A DNA stretch of 62,524 nt, filler included, from Choristocarpus tenellus KU-1152 (Eukaryota; Protista; Phaeophyceae), in the NCBI GenBank assembly GCA_964200185.2. It is 10 parts of 10 records of this genome, joined end to end, with 100 filler letters (N's around TTAATTAATTAA, not from the genome) between each part and the next. Parts side by side here need not be neighbours in the genome. Positions count along the whole stretch, not along the records: positions 38,708 to 43,874 come from CAXNAD020011642.1; positions 43,975 to 46,554 come from CAXNAD020026586.1; positions 46,655 to 49,885 come from CAXNAD020021379.1; positions 49,986 to 56,119 come from CAXNAD020008868.1; 6 more parts are not named here. One strand, given 5' to 3'. Numbering within the stretch: the first letter of the stretch is position 1; each line of letters starts with the position of its first letter. A program made the translations under genes and the position numbers. The notes below the pieces were generated by a model. It saw only the letters and a list, made by a program, of their open reading frames with translations. It did no database searches and was not told the DNA's origin. Shown one piece after another: positions 39,848-53,800 of this stretch.

Positions 39848-41529
39848 GTCATATTACTGGCAATGCGCTGGGTAGAGGATGACAATCCAGGCATGAGACT
39901 CAACAAATCGTCCTGGTGTGAAGTGTATCCAGAACTATACAAGGGAGGCAAAGGGACAGGTGGTTCACAACCAGTAAAATTCCCCGTGACTGATGCTGCG
40001 ATTTCCCAAGGTGATGATGCCCCCCCTACAGAAACAGGGGTAGCCATTGGGGTGGGGAGAGAGACTGCTTGCTATGACCGCCGTAGGTCAAGCTCTGGGG
40101 CTGCTGGTAGCAGTGGACACACAGGTGGCAGATCAGGATTCAATGAGAACATGAAAGATCCTCAGTCACTACTAACAGCCCTGAGTAGAGTAGAAGCAGA
40201 GGAAGAGGATGGAAAGAGTCAGGAAATGGAGCAGGGAGAGGGACAAAGGCCCAGGATGGGAGGTTCAGAGTTGGAACTGAGGCTTGGGGTTGGGGGAAAG
40301 GGCACAAAGTCTTCAAAATTGTCTCAAGGGGAACAAAGCCAAGACAAGCCCAATGATATAGAACTTCCTGGTGGTCTCACAATACCTACCACAGGATCAA
40401 GAATGGGGGAGTGTAGGTCAAGAGGAATCAGCAAGGTGGGAAGGTCACCACTCATTTCAGAGATTGAGTCAGGAGTTGTGGTGGATATCAAAGGCGACCA
40501 AAGTGATGGCCCAAGGGCGAGGAAAAGTAAGACCAAGGTACCAGGAGAACAGTGCAGCAGTAGTGGATTGTCAAAAGGTTTCTTCAACCTTAGAGGGAAG
40601 AAAGGAGGCAACGAGAAGGGTATGACTCCGTTGTATCCTGAAGGATCTCGGAATGGGGACAAGGCTGCAGCTAACGCAGCCAAAAATATTCTGAACCGGT
40701 CCCGTGTGGTGGACATGAGTTCCATGAGCAACAGTGAGGTGAGGCAGCTCCAGATAAACGCAACTTGTGGTCCTAGAGCAAGATGTAAAGAAATTAATAT
40801 GGCAGGTGCTAAGGCTGTGTGTCAGTCAGAACGTAGAGGGTAATCTGGAAAAGAAAGCTACATAGCCAGCCTGGAGACACAAGCCTGTTGGGTAGCAGTG
40901 GCAATGGGGTTGGAACCAGTCCGTGTTGAAGTGTGTAGTGAGAAATTCCTGGGGAGATTGTTTGTAAAGTAGTGTTTCAAGTTAAGAAAAGGAGGGTATG
41001 CTGTCACTGTCATCTGTAGTATATTCACAACATTTTATACTGTGGAGTATAGCAATATAAGAAGGATTGCAATACCTATTCCAGAGTCTGCAGCATTGCT
41101 CAGAGAGGAGAAAATTCTGGGAACGTGATATCTTTCCTTAGAATCAGCGGTTGAAAGTTGAAACATTAAATCGATGCGGGTTTTCCTACCCCCAACCCCC
41201 CCCTTCCCCCAACAACAACAACAACACACATATAAACACATACAAAGGTGGAGGCCGCCATGCGTGAACATGCCCATGGAACTAAGCCTCCTACTGCATC
41301 AAAGTCATCAGGGGAAGCCGCAACGGAAAGGTCGGACTATTCCACACTGAGTAAGGGGTTCCTCTGTGATATAGGTGATGGGGGTGAGAAAGCCAAGAGG
41401 GTGAGAAACTGGGGTGGGGGAGAAACGGACAAAGGCAAAGCTGCAGTCAGGCGATCCAGTGGAAGGGATGCTGAATTTGAACGCCTTGTGGCTGCAGCTG
41501 ATCCAGACTTGGGAGCGCAGGGACGGGAG
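39848..41529 (+). CDS. Internal exons of an uncharacterised, largely disordered protein (possibly PIH1-domain C-terminal part)
   Basis: Exons 39848-40738 and 41248-41529 have cag/aag acceptors and gtgag donors, both phase 0. The start reads LAMRWVE...W...YKGGKG...PVKF. The LSKGF[FL] motif occurs twice. Confidence 0.6.
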
Positions 41530-42770
41530 GTGAGCCAGAAGGAACTTATTTGTAAGCATAGTGGGTTGGAACAGCAGCTCCAAGGGTGAAGTGTGTCGGG
41601 GGTTAATCGTTTTTTCCAGCCCTTGAAGAAGTTATTGTCATCCAGCGATTTACACAGGAAGTCCGCAGAGAGGACTGCAATCTATATGCCCTGTTGATGA
41701 CTGACCATTGTTTTTGTAGATGACCTGACGGTCTACCAAGAGAGCACAGAGTCATGCCAAGGTTCAGGATGTAGGGAATAAGATACAAAAACGGGATATT
41801 TTCACCAATGAAGTTACTAGAATGTCACATTGAGTCAATGGCATACTATATCTCTGCAGCCTCCTCTGCTCTGCCACTCTCCTCAAGAGTATAAATTTCC
41901 CTCAATACTACCTTTTGGTGTGTTGTGCTAACAATGCCTTCAAGATTAGGATAGGAAACATGTTGAAATAGATTAATTGATTAGGTAGTGGCGACAACAC
42001 CCTCTCAGGAGAATCAAGCTTGTTTGTCAGGTTCAAAGGGGATAAGTGGCTTTAAGTCTCATCAATACACATTCCATCCAACATGACAGGAAATACATTT
42101 GCTGTATCAAGGGACAGAGTAGAGCAATGTCTCTCAGTCACACTTTTCAGAGAGGGGACTGGGACAAAATCTGTTTGATTTAGAATTAGGATTGAGAGTG
42201 AGATTGACTATGAAATGATGTCCAGGGCAGGGCAATTGTGTTAGGGGCACATTGCACATGATGTTGCAGCAACTGGAAAAATAGTTGGCATACTGGATTG
42301 GGTTAGTTGATGCTCAGTTGTGCACACTTTAACAGATACAAATGCACAGTTGGAGCCCCCCCCCTCCACACGTGGTAGATTATGAAATTGAACACTGATA
42401 ATATTCCTGAAAACAATACCTTGTGGGGATTGAGATAAAGAGCATATGTCGCGTTTTTATTACGGAAAACAAGGATGAAAGGGTGATCCAATGAGTTGTC
42501 AGAAATAAATGACATGAGTTGGGTGTGGTCCAGCTGGTTGTCACCCCCCAGGTAAAAAAAAAGAAACTTCTTGCACTTGGACTTGGGTGACTTATTTGGG
42601 CAGAAAATGCCATCTTCTGGAAGGGTCGAGGAGGGTCACAGGGTACGGTGTGAAGTTTTTAGTGTGCCAAGCAAGCTGAGAGTAAATTAATTACGTTTGT
42701 ATGTGTGATCACCTGCATATCGTGAATCAGGGGAACAAGGTAACAATGAGTTTTACTAGTTAAGAACATA

Positions 42771-43406
42771 GAGTCGATATTTCTTAGAGGGTAGAGTCGT
42801 GTCCGTATGGGGGAATAACCAATGGTCCGATTTTGATGTAATTTTTATGCAAAAGAGAGCTACTCTGTGTGACAGTTACACTACGTCAGTCACTTATAAG
42901 TCCAAGTTAAGTTACTTCATTCACTTTTATACTATAAACCATATAGACTACTAGTCTATATTGCACAATTTGGGGTATCGTGTTTGTTTGGAAGTGTCAA
43001 TATCCTTGTTCCAGACACACCTTTCATAACGTATACATTGTAAGTACTCCAAAACATTTCGAAGTAGGTAAATTGCCATAATAACCCCGAGGGAAGCCAA
43101 CCCCCAACTGGACAAACAGGGCAAAATTCGTACCCTCTAAGATACTTTGACTCAAAGTATCTTAGAGGGTAGAGTCGCGTCCATTTTGGGGCCACAACCC
43201 AATGTTGCGTTTTGATTTAGCTTTTGCTATCGTGTTTGTTAGGAAGTGTCAATATTCTTGTTCTGAACACACCTTTTCATAAGGTATACATTTTACCTAT
43301 TTTGAAACATTTTGGAGTAGAAAAATGTAATAAAAAAAAACATGGGAAGCCAAGCCTCAAATGGACAAAAATGGCAAAACTCGTACCCTCTAAGATACTT
43401 TCACTC
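42771..43406 (-). mobile_element. Two tandem inverted-orientation family A copies sharing a junction
   Basis: The junction GATACTTTGACTCAAAGTATC lies at 43141-43161. The first copy is interrupted at about 42850-42955. Confidence 0.85.
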
Positions 43407-44984
43407 TTTCACTCATACAGAGTATGAAAATCCCTCAGGAAAGGGGCCTGATCTTCCATTTCATGCTGTACAGTAGTGATCAGTGTTGCTGTAATATTTT
43501 TCACCTATACCTCTCCCCTCCTCCATACTGCACTACCAAGACAAAATTATTGTGTGACAGGTGTTCTTCCAAAAGGAGCACTTGAGAGTTTTTTTTTGTT
43601 ATCCGCTTTGAAGTTTAAATTGTTAGGGTTTTGTTTTGTGGGTATTCAAGTTGAGATTTATGGTGTATCCCTTCGACTGATGGCGATGAGTCCGTGATCA
43701 CAGCCAATTCACAGTTATTTGTGCTTGTTGAAACTGATTGGCAGGGACTAAAAAGTAAAGATTTAAGTACTTTAACTGCCCAGAAGATGAAGAAGCAGTA
43801 AGGTTCTTGTTTCAAACCTAGGGTTCTCGCTCTGCCCTAAGTGTTTCCAAGATGATGGGGGGAGGGGGGGGGTGNNNNNNNNNNNNNNNNNNNNNNNNNN
43901 NNNNNNNNNNNNNNNNNNTTAATTAATTAANNNNNNNNNNNNNNNNNNNNNNNNNNNNNNNNNNNNNNNNNNNNATAGCATCGTTTTAAGGTCGTTGGAT
44001 TTGAGTTGTACATCCTGGAAGGTGAGCATTGAGGGGCGCCTGTAACAGAATGACCTAAATTAAATAGCACCGTGCCAGTGCTGATCCTGCTTCACCTTTC
44101 TATAAAAGAAAAAATGCAAATAAAGTATCTGGCATCTTCAACAATTACCATGGTGCACAGTGCCCTACCCTTCGACCAAAATTCCCTTGGGTCTGTAAGT
44201 TCAATGAACATACAAGTGAAAGGTCCACCTACTCAGACTGTAGTGGACTTGGACATTGGCTCAAGAGATTGGATGGCCTGGACACACCCTGTGCACGCCC
44301 CTGCTGAGCCAGGGTGCCTGACAACTTGGTTTTCTGATCTGCAGCTGTTCAACGAGGCTCAGACTCACGACTTGAGTCCATGATGGCCCCAACACTGGCA
44401 GCTACATTTTGCTTCCAATTGCATAGCGTAGTTAATACGACATATTATTTTCACCACACATCCCTCGTGTGATCCATGGATGGTCAGTGCTGATATTAAT
44501 GGTAAAATAATAACCTATTTTACAGACATTTATTTCAAATTGATCGTGGACCCTTGATTGACTGAGGGTATAACATCATAGGGTCAACATTCAGGGGCTA
44601 CATCAATAACTTGGACAAACCCAAGAGGAAGTCTGTAACAATATGTGGAGTCTGTGAAAATTATGTGAATGCATATATACTGAAGTTCAGTACGAGCTCC
44701 CTCAATCACGGTAGGATGTACGCAAGTAGGAATTGGGATCATAAACTTGGGGAAGAAGAGGCAAACATCACTAGGTGGTTTAACGAGCGGCGATAGCAGC
44801 AGTGTGCTTGTAGTGTAGGAAGACAACATAGTTCAAGCTTCTAGAATACTGATCCTGTAATTCTTTATTAATCATGGGTTTCAGGTTGCAAAGATTTACG
44901 TACAGCTACACACAGCGTCTTCAAATACTCAATCTAGAGGAGGTGCAGCTAAGGCTGGAGTGACTAGACGGGAAGTACTCATCC

Positions 44985-45760
44985 ATGGCCTTAGAGGGAA
45001 ATCAGACCAAACTCCCACAGCTTACAGACACAAGCTATATTGATTGGTTTACCGTGATGCACGCCTTTTTGGTCGTGAAAGGCAATTTGGACACAGCTTT
45101 GGAGGGTAAAGAAGACTCTCTTTATGAAGGTAATGGCAACTTAATCAAGGGTGAAGGTATTCAGGATGAGGGTCTTTCAAGGCTAAAAAGGCAAACAATA
45201 TATTGCTTGGATGTACTAACGGATTCTACTGGACTATCGTCCGCAATGCAACACCCCCTTTTGAAGCGTGGTCAGCTGTAGAGCCCAGCAAGAAGAGCAA
45301 AGGTGGTCAGAGATTCAAATCTTCTCTAGCTGCCGTGGTGGATTATAATCAGGTGGGAAATGTATGGGATAGAGAGGTGGCCTTTTGATTTGGAAACAAC
45401 CAAGAGGGTGAAAAATGACTCGATCAATATGAACAACTTTAAACCCCGCTGTGATATCCCTTGTATGATGATTGCTTATGGCACTCTATCGCGTATTGAG
45501 GGATAAGGGATGCTGGACCTAAATTTCAAACTAGGATGAGATGACTACGTTCATGTCCTGTTGTAACCAGACGCTCTTGTCCCCAGTCTTTCCCTTATAA
45601 TCTCCTTTCCTCTAACTTTGCCAGTATGACTGATGGGGTCTCTATTACTTGCACTGAATACGCATATCCCGATTCTGATGGGGAGGGCAAACTACTTACT
45701 CTTTCCTTCGATGAATCTATGTATTCAACAAAAGTCGTGAGGCCGGAACCCTCTGACGTT
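44985..45760 (+). mobile_element. Ty1/Copia gag-pol relic
   Basis: LPQLTDTSYIDWFTVMHAFLVVKGNL resembles a Copia gag N-terminus. Downstream are degenerate IEGxG.LDL and LVPSL motifs. Confidence 0.6.
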
Positions 45761-47456
45761 TTTCCCTAGCTACTAATGCCCCATACACCACTGTGCACAT
45801 CAGCATTTTCCTCGCATTTTGAACCAAGCGCCTTACCCTTAGCATGTCCATACTCTATGAATATACCCCAAACTGGAGAAATTCAGCCAACATCTTTCAT
45901 TACAAACTTGTGGATAAATTATTTACACCAGTTCGTTGGATTTACCGAAAGGTGACACATTGTCAACTTAGAGGATAAGTTCTAACCACTCCATAAAACG
46001 TAAGAAATTGGGTCACCGATAGATAGCTGGAAATGGAATATCCTCAATATCCTCAAGGAAGTAATGATGTGAGTGCCTGGATCCAGGTTCGTGTCGATTA
46101 CTTCACTCCATGGAAATTTGTTCACAACTTGGAGACAACAGTTTGAGTGGACTCAGTATTCTTCACTGAGAATGTGGGGAAGGAAGTGAAACATGATAAA
46201 CATATTTTTCCATTCGGTAGGAAACTTGAAGAAGACCACTACTCGTTCACGTCTATACATGGTCCTCTCAGTCGTGCGCTTCTCTAATTTCAGGTACACA
46301 AGTGACGTGTAGTGATTGATGCCAAGAACACAAATGCAGCAATTGCAAGAAGGTAATCCAGATGAAACACTACCATATTAACAGGACAGGTTTGAGTGTA
46401 TAGCTGATCCACCGAATGCCAAGAAAAATCACCCAATGGAGAAGAACACTCAAAATACTGCCATTCTTGACGTAGGTGGTGTCCCATGTTCGATTAGACT
46501 CTTCCAACTCTATCGGACAGTTACGGTAAATTATTTATGGAGTAATGGAACAATNNNNNNNNNNNNNNNNNNNNNNNNNNNNNNNNNNNNNNNNNNNNTT
46601 AATTAATTAANNNNNNNNNNNNNNNNNNNNNNNNNNNNNNNNNNNNNNNNNNNNTTTTTGTTTTCGATGCCTATCCCATTTTTACATCAGGGGGTTTTCT
46701 CACCTTGTCCCCCCCCCCCCCCATATACTTATTACCAACTATCAAAGCGGGTGTTTATTTGGATGCCTAGGACAAAGGCCTCTCATCATTCAAGTGGCTC
46801 ATTCATTCCGCAATCGTCTGTCAGTCCCAATTCTTCTTGCTAAACGTCTGTCCGGGGTCCAGATTCAAACACCCCAACAAATAACAGTATAGTGGCATGA
46901 TGCCTGGAGGCAGGATGGTGCAAGACTCAGACTCCTCGGGGGACGGCAGTGGCCATCACAGTGGACTTTAGAATCTCCTTAATCACAGTGTTCCGTCATC
47001 TGAAGGAGTATGAAAGCCAAACCACACGGGGTGAATATATGGACCTTGTACGACATTGCAAGGGATGATAAGTATCTTCGACGTTTGGGATGTCCCCTCG
47101 GTACACCACACATCCTTCTGCAAATAGGGGGCCAAAGCTGGGGTCTCCCTTGCCTCGTTGTGGGATCTGTGCAAGCACAAAAAGGTGAAAAAGGTCAAGT
47201 GGTGGATTATGCCAGCCCTCTCACATCAGCAAAAAGTCAACAGGGTGGGTTTAATCATCAGCCACATGCACAGGAGTGGAGGAGTGGAGGAAGTGGGTTA
47301 TTAGTGGATGATCTATATATGACTGGGTTCAAGTGGACGAGAAGTGATGTTATATCCTCGAAGATAGACAAGGTGTGTGCTTGCACCCCACTGAGGAACC
47401 CCCCAACCCTCCACGGGTACAGAATAAGTGTTACATTGCAAAGGTGATGTTCCTTG

Positions 47457-47715
47457 AAGCGAAAGTATCTTAGAGGATACGAGTTTTGCCCTGTTTCTCC
47501 ATTTGGGGCTTGACTTCCCACGGGTTTTTAATTACATACTACCTCCAAAATGTTTCCGAGTAGGTAAAATGTATACGCTATGAAAAGATGTGTCCGGAAC
47601 AAGGATATTGACATCTCTCTCCTAACAATCACAATAGCCAAAATTACATCAAAATCGCAACATTGGATTTTGACCCCTAAATGGACGCGGCTCTACCCTC
47701 TAAGATACTTGAATC
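47457..47715 (+). mobile_element. MITE family A in mariner relic (TSD TTG)
   Basis: Splits the codons for VMFL|AA when compared with the intact site at 13166-13183. Confidence 0.9.
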
Positions 47716-47968
47716 TTGCAGCCATGGACAGCCCTAGGAATCTCTTGAACGGGGTGTGGTTCGATGGGAAAAATCGGGATCTAACCAATCGTGGATGCTA
47801 AGGCTGCTCAGGGTTCCAGTAAATACCTGCCCCAAGGGCACCAAGGTGCTTGTACCAGTCACGCTGGACAGGGAGAGGTATAGCAAGCTCACAATCGAGG
47901 AAGGCAGTCGAGGTCCATATGCCTAGGCCGTAAGGACACACCATCTTTGTGCATCAGGACAGGACAAA

Positions 47969-48220
47969 GAGTGATAGTATCTTAGAGGGTATGAGTTTTG
48001 CCCTGTTCATTTGGGGCTTGGCTTCCCACGGATATTTTATGACATTTTACCTGCTTCATGTTTCGGGGCAGGTAAAACGTATACGTTATGGAAAGGTGTG
48101 TCCGGATCAAGGATATTGAAACTTCCTAACAAATATTATTACAAAAATTACATCAAAAATCGCAACATTGGATTTGGTCCTCTAACGGACACGGCTTTAC
48201 CCTCTAAGATACTTTGACTC
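47969..48220 (+). mobile_element. MITE family A in mariner relic (TSD AAA)
   Basis: Splits the QDxxKPH motif; empty-site homologue at 13383-13403. Confidence 0.9.
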
Positions 48221-48436
48221 AAAGCCACACACCCCAGAAGGAATCATGGAGGCAATTGAGTAGGCAGCAAGGGACGACAATGTCGTAGAGACCAAGTCAG
48301 ACAACTCACCTGACCTCAACGTCAAGGATCTTGGATTCCTCCATTTCATCCAACCACTGAAGGAAGACATGGGGGGGACCAACGCAGAGGAGCTGGCGAA
48401 GGCCACAATGGAGGCATTTGATGTGTACCTCCGGGA

Positions 48437-48693
48437 GAGCCAAAGTATCTTAGACGGTAGAGCCGCGTCCATTTGGGGACCATAATCCAGTTTGCCATTT
48501 CGATGTAATTTTGGCTATCATGTTTGTTAGGAAGTGTCAACATCCTTGTTCCGGACACACCTTTCATAACATACACATTTTACCCACTCCGAAATACTTG
48601 GGAGTAGGAAAATGTCATAAAAAACACCATAGGAAGCCAAGCCCCAAATGGACAAACAGGGGAAAACTCGTACCCTCTAAGGTACTTTCACTC
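48437..48693 (-). mobile_element. MITE family A, inverted, in mariner relic
   Basis: Flanks are GGGA/CGGA. The empty-site homologue near 13596-13616 implies 4 extra nt. Confidence 0.9.
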
Positions 48694-49299
48694 CGGAGAT
48701 ACTACAGCACGTCTAGCAGAGCCTCTTTGCAGTCTACGGTGAAGCGCTAGGATCCAAGGGTGACAACGTCTTCGAAGTTCTCCATCTTCACACAGAAAAG
48801 GCTGAGAAGGCGGGCAAGCTCCCCTCAAATGCCCTGGTGAATGCGGTTTTGGAGGGCTTCAAGGGTGGAATCGTGTAGATAGGTGTAGACAGCTTCATTT
48901 TGCTTGAGATTTTGGTGAGCAGCCCTTCAGTGTAAGCACAATACACCCATAAAACATCACTGGAGCTGCAAAAGTTGTGCTACATTTAATTCCGAACGGA
49001 GGAAAAGTAACATTCCTAATTTGTTGGAGATATAAAAAAAATCAATATTTTATCATTCCAGAATTGTGTACACTTATCTGTTACCCACATCTGAGCGAAC
49101 TACACAGCCACATAATCACCCTATTCTAGAGTTATGAATCATGGAAGTTCAATGGGATTCAGCTGGATTAACAGGACTGACTGAATAACTGAACTAAGAA
49201 GGTTTTGTTTATTTGGTCGGGGGTTTTAATAATCACAACGCAGACAGGAGTGTGAACACTGAACGTGTCCGAGGTCAGAGAAGAACCATATATATGTCA

Positions 49300-49479
49300 G
49301 GCCCAAAGTATCTCGGTGGGGGGTGGGCGCTGTCCCTTTGGGTCACATTTTTTCACGTCGCAATTTTTGAGTGATTTGGTTGCAAGTCTTAGATTGATAA
49401 GGTAAGTGCACTTCTCCTGGTCAGGGCCCAAATGGATACCCTGATGTAAACCCTCCCCCACTCCTAGATACTTTGAGCC
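49300..49479 (+). mobile_element. MITE family B
   Basis: GGCCCAAAGTATCT...AGATACTTTGAGCC, flanks TCA/ACA. Further partial copies lie at 11311-11373, 23365-23416, 28749-28842, about 38760-38810 and 59213-59422. Confidence 0.85.
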
Positions 49480-50049
49480 ACACGAGGTCTCACTGCCCGA
49501 CTCAATACACATTTTACTGTCCATGAGTTCGGATCTAGATGTTGAGACCTGTCTGTCGCTGACAGTATATTCGATTAAATGTTCGGTTGATCAGTGTTTT
49601 TCTCTATAACTGATTTATGGCCAAAGTAAATCGAAGGAATGCAGGTTTCGGGTGTTTAGGAATATATGTCATTTTTTATATTTTCCATTTCATCCATATT
49701 TCTATGGATGAAGTATTCAGTTTGGTTTTTGAGTGTTGATTTCTCTATTTATTTTAAACTTTTTTGGGCACAATTTATAAAATATTCTACATGCATTTGT
49801 AAAAAAAGTATAATTTTACACATACTTGCCACCACTCTTAAAATGGAACTTATACCCTTGGGGGGGGTGGTGGTGGTTTGTTTGGNNNNNNNNNNNNNNN
49901 NNNNNNNNNNNNNNNNNNNNNNNNNNNNNTTAATTAATTAANNNNNNNNNNNNNNNNNNNNNNNNNNNNNNNNNNNNNNNNNNNNGGAGGGGGGGGGGGT
50001 TTTTTTTGTTGGGGTGGTGTCGGTGCGGTTCTTTGGCATGCCCCGCCAA

Positions 50050-50080
<31 letters not shown>

Positions 50081-50857
50081 GAAGCCAAGACCCCCCCCCC
50101 CACCGAACACAAACAGTCACGGGGGGCAGATAAAGATGTGCCAAATCAAAATCAACCCAAAAAAACCAATGGGAACAATAGCAAAAAAAAGGAGGAGGGC
50201 ACCCGTGAGAGCAAGAGGCAGAGCACCAACAGGTAGGACGGGAGGAAGGTGTAGATGAGCATCAAACATCAAACATCACAACATATCATGGCCTAAACAT
50301 CAAACATCACAACAAAAAACAACACACGCACAAATACAAAAGGAGGGTTTTCTTCCGCAAGACTCTTTAGTTCCTTGCCACTGTGAGAGTAGTTGTCATC
50401 ACTATACGCGTGGACAAATTGTCACACTGTGTGCATTGTATGTTTTGGTGTTGGTAGTGTGTCGGAGGCGTATTACGTTAATGCACAACAAGAGAACTCA
50501 AGATATTTGCCTACCTGGGAAATGAGGCAACACAGAGAATACCAGGTAGGCCTCGTAACAGAACCTCCAACTTCAACTTTGGTCTTCCTTGTGTTAGTCT
50601 AGAACGAATGGGAGCCTTCCATGCAGCAGACCAGATATATATATATTTTTCTCTTTTTAAACACTTAATTCAGAATCTTAACCACTCCCCCCTCCCCCCT
50701 GCCCATCCCAACAAGTACAGTAAGTGGCTTCTAAATCCCACAGGAAACAAACTATAGAACATTACTAATGCTTCAAAGTATGAGTTGTAGCAAGTTAGAA
50801 AAAATAGGGTGTGAACTATAGCATCGTGTCCTCCTGAGGACATTTATGGCTACCTAC

Positions 50858-53800
50858 CTGTGCATACTGTAGCTCCGTTCCATCCGTGGGGTCAAAGGTC
50901 CGGAGGCTGCCATCATTGTACGAGACTATCAACTTCTCATTCAACGCCCCCCACACCACCTTTGTTGCCTTCATCTTATTGGGAAGGTCAATCTCTAGGG
51001 CAGCAATCTTTTCCACTTACATACCAAAAAAAACAATATTCACGATGAAGGAGGGGGAGGACACAGACGCACACGCACACACACACACAGAGGTTTTGTT
51101 GTAACTATGAAGGGATTGCTCAATTGGGTGGGAGGCAGTAACTGTGCACGGGATGTACGTGGGAGGGTCATGTGCTTGTTCTTGGATGAAGATGGACACT
51201 GATCTTCAAGTTCAATACAGTGTTTGATTTTGCCAAATGTCAATGGAGTGAAGGATATAATTGCATGTGTTAAGGGCAGGACAAAGTACAACGCAGCGAC
51301 CTGTCAAGCCAACTCCTTCCCAACTATTACTCCTGTTCTTGACCCTACCTGTAACTTCCCAACCTTTGATCCCACTCGTTGAGTAGATCTAATGATCAAT
51401 CCTACATCAGCACCACCAGGGGTCTCTTTACCCTCTCCTTGTAAATGCAGTAAAACCAAAAAGTGTTACGAGATGGTATCGTGTCTAAAAAGCCTGGACA
51501 TGAGACAAAAAGAAAAGACATCACTGCCCCTTTTCTAGTTAAAAAAAAAAAGAGAAAAAAAACTGCACTGTATCAAAACAAAACAAAATATCTCCACAGC
51601 TGGCCCTATTAATAATAATAATAAACCCTTCTCAGTTAAAAAATAAATAAAAAAATACCCCCACCCACCCACATTTATAATAATAAAAAACCTTACCAAA
51701 TCTCAACAAACTCTGAACCAGTGCACTCACTACACACCAGCAACGAATCTATTCACACAGTACAGTTATTTTATTTCTTCTTGAAGCCAAGCAAGAGCAA
51801 CCTCAAAAAACAAAAACGCCTTCACAGGCAAAGACTCACAGTGATCCACCGGAACATGATCTGGGACATCAAACACCGACACAAGCCCTGGACTGTCCAT
51901 GAACGGATCTGACACTGTTGCGAACCGTTGCCCCCCCTCTGCAAATGACACTGACCTGCTCGAAACGCATCCATCCATCGTCAGTTACAGAAACAAACAA
52001 ACAAACAAATAAATAAATAAATAAATCACCACCCACACCGCAAGTGCTTGCTGCTTGCAGTGAAGTGAAGTGAAGTAAGTGGGTCCCAACATTTCTAGAG
52101 ACATTTGATTGGGCGAGAGAGCGTTGGCGGCGAAAAGGTCAATGGCCATTGGACAGCCGTAACTGAAAGGAGAGTGAAGGGCGTTCACATGCAACAAAAG
52201 GCGGGGGTGGGGTGGGGGGGGCAGTGGTGAAAAGAGTCAATGAATGATGTACGTAATAGTCAATAAATAGAAAAAAGGTTACCCTAATTAAGTGAGTGAA
52301 CATCTAATCAGCCAACGGAGTTGCTCACATACACAATTTCAATCGAAACCGACGAGGCATTGAGCTCCAAGAGGAAAGCTCCGCTCCACCTGAGCGTGTG
52401 CATATATGGGCACAACAAAACAACAAAGAGAATGCAACCCCCTGTACTCAATAACATACAACAGTTCCAGACGTAGATCATCTAGCAACGTGTCGTTCCA
52501 AGGGAAGGAACAAAAAAAACAACCTGTCCACGCGTCTAAACTTATCAATCTTGACTGTCGTACTCCTGAGCCACCTCACACCAACACCTCTCTCTACATT
52601 TGGAAAAATAGTACTTTTAATAACTCAAAACCTGAGTAGGTAGGCTGGATCTAACCTGCTCCAACTCATCACCATTCTCTGATCCCAATATTGTGCACCC
52701 TCTCCCCAGGTTAAGCCTGCGGTGGCTCTGCTACCAGAACCGACTCTATGCCTTGCATCAAGTACACACGCCTCTCAAACAGACCTAACTCCATCTTGTG
52801 CCTATTTGTATCTCATGCGTCCTAATAACATTCCACGCTGTATGCAGTAAGTGCACTACTACTAATAGTAGAGACTGACAGGTGAAGTCCTGATACCCAT
52901 CACCGGACTCAACATGCTCACAGCCAGGTATCACAGACCAAAGGGTAGGAACCAATCACCCATTAGAACTGACAGGAACAAACACCAATCCATTCTCAAC
53001 ACAGCGTAGTATATACCATTCCCATTTCCGCAAGGCAGTTAATCTGAAACTCACACTTGACAGGTTTTGGTAGTACATGAGGGGCGTGGCAGGACGAGGG
53101 ACCTACACACCACCCAAAGGCAGAATCACCCCCTAGTTTGGACAATAGTGTAACCCAATTCAAGAGGTAAGAATACAGAGTAGACTGAAGCAGTGCCAAC
53201 CTCTTGAACCTCCTGGTTATCACCCCCAACCCTGCCACCACAGACCAATTCCAAGTAAAACACAATGCCAAAAAAAGAGCGAGACAACCATACCATGCAG
53301 TTCGTCCAATACAAAGCACACTCTCAATTGCTGACTCAAGAGTTGTTCACGGAAGTCCTTGTACCACATGCACGTTGCAGACAACAACTTCCACCATCAC
53401 CTCTCGTGTTGCAGACAAAATTGCAACAGCTCATTCACACTAGAAACACTGAAAGTATCACCTCATCATGCAGACCCTCACCTCACAGGACCCTGGTGGC
53501 TGTACACTACGAGCTCTCTCCCTGTCTGCACGTCCCACATCCTTGCTGACGCATCTGCCGACGCTGACAAGAGTCTTGTAGAGTCCCCTGAGAGGGATTA
53601 TTAACCACACCGTACGGAAGGAGAAGAAAAAATAAAAAAATCAGGGCAGAACAAACAAGGCATGAAATGTTTTGGAGGCCAGTCAGGTCTGGAAGGCAGG
53701 CATTACTGCAAAAAACTCGCTAACATTCAGCCACATGAGGCAGGCACACTCCAGCCGCTAATGCTCTGCCATATGCAACCTCTCATTATGTCAATGTGTT

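Larger units (their letters stand above)
46980..49007 (+). mobile_element. Longer copy of the same mariner-like element, interrupted by three MITEs
   Basis: Encodes YDWVQVDEK*CY...KCYIAKVMFLAA, FDGK, QDRTKPH and SPDLNVKDLGF, and ends ACGGAGGAAAAGTA. It is colinear with 13095-13955 once the MITEs are removed. The left boundary is approximate. Confidence 0.85.

Noticed and set aside
44072-46550. Possible retropepsin (VDLDIGS near 44245) and Gypsy integrase fragment (ESNRT near 46495)
   Set aside because: Single short motifs only; unsupported.
50510-50600. Possible next eIF3i exon
   Set aside because: The translation does not resemble a WD40 continuation; the remaining exons are probably beyond the linker.
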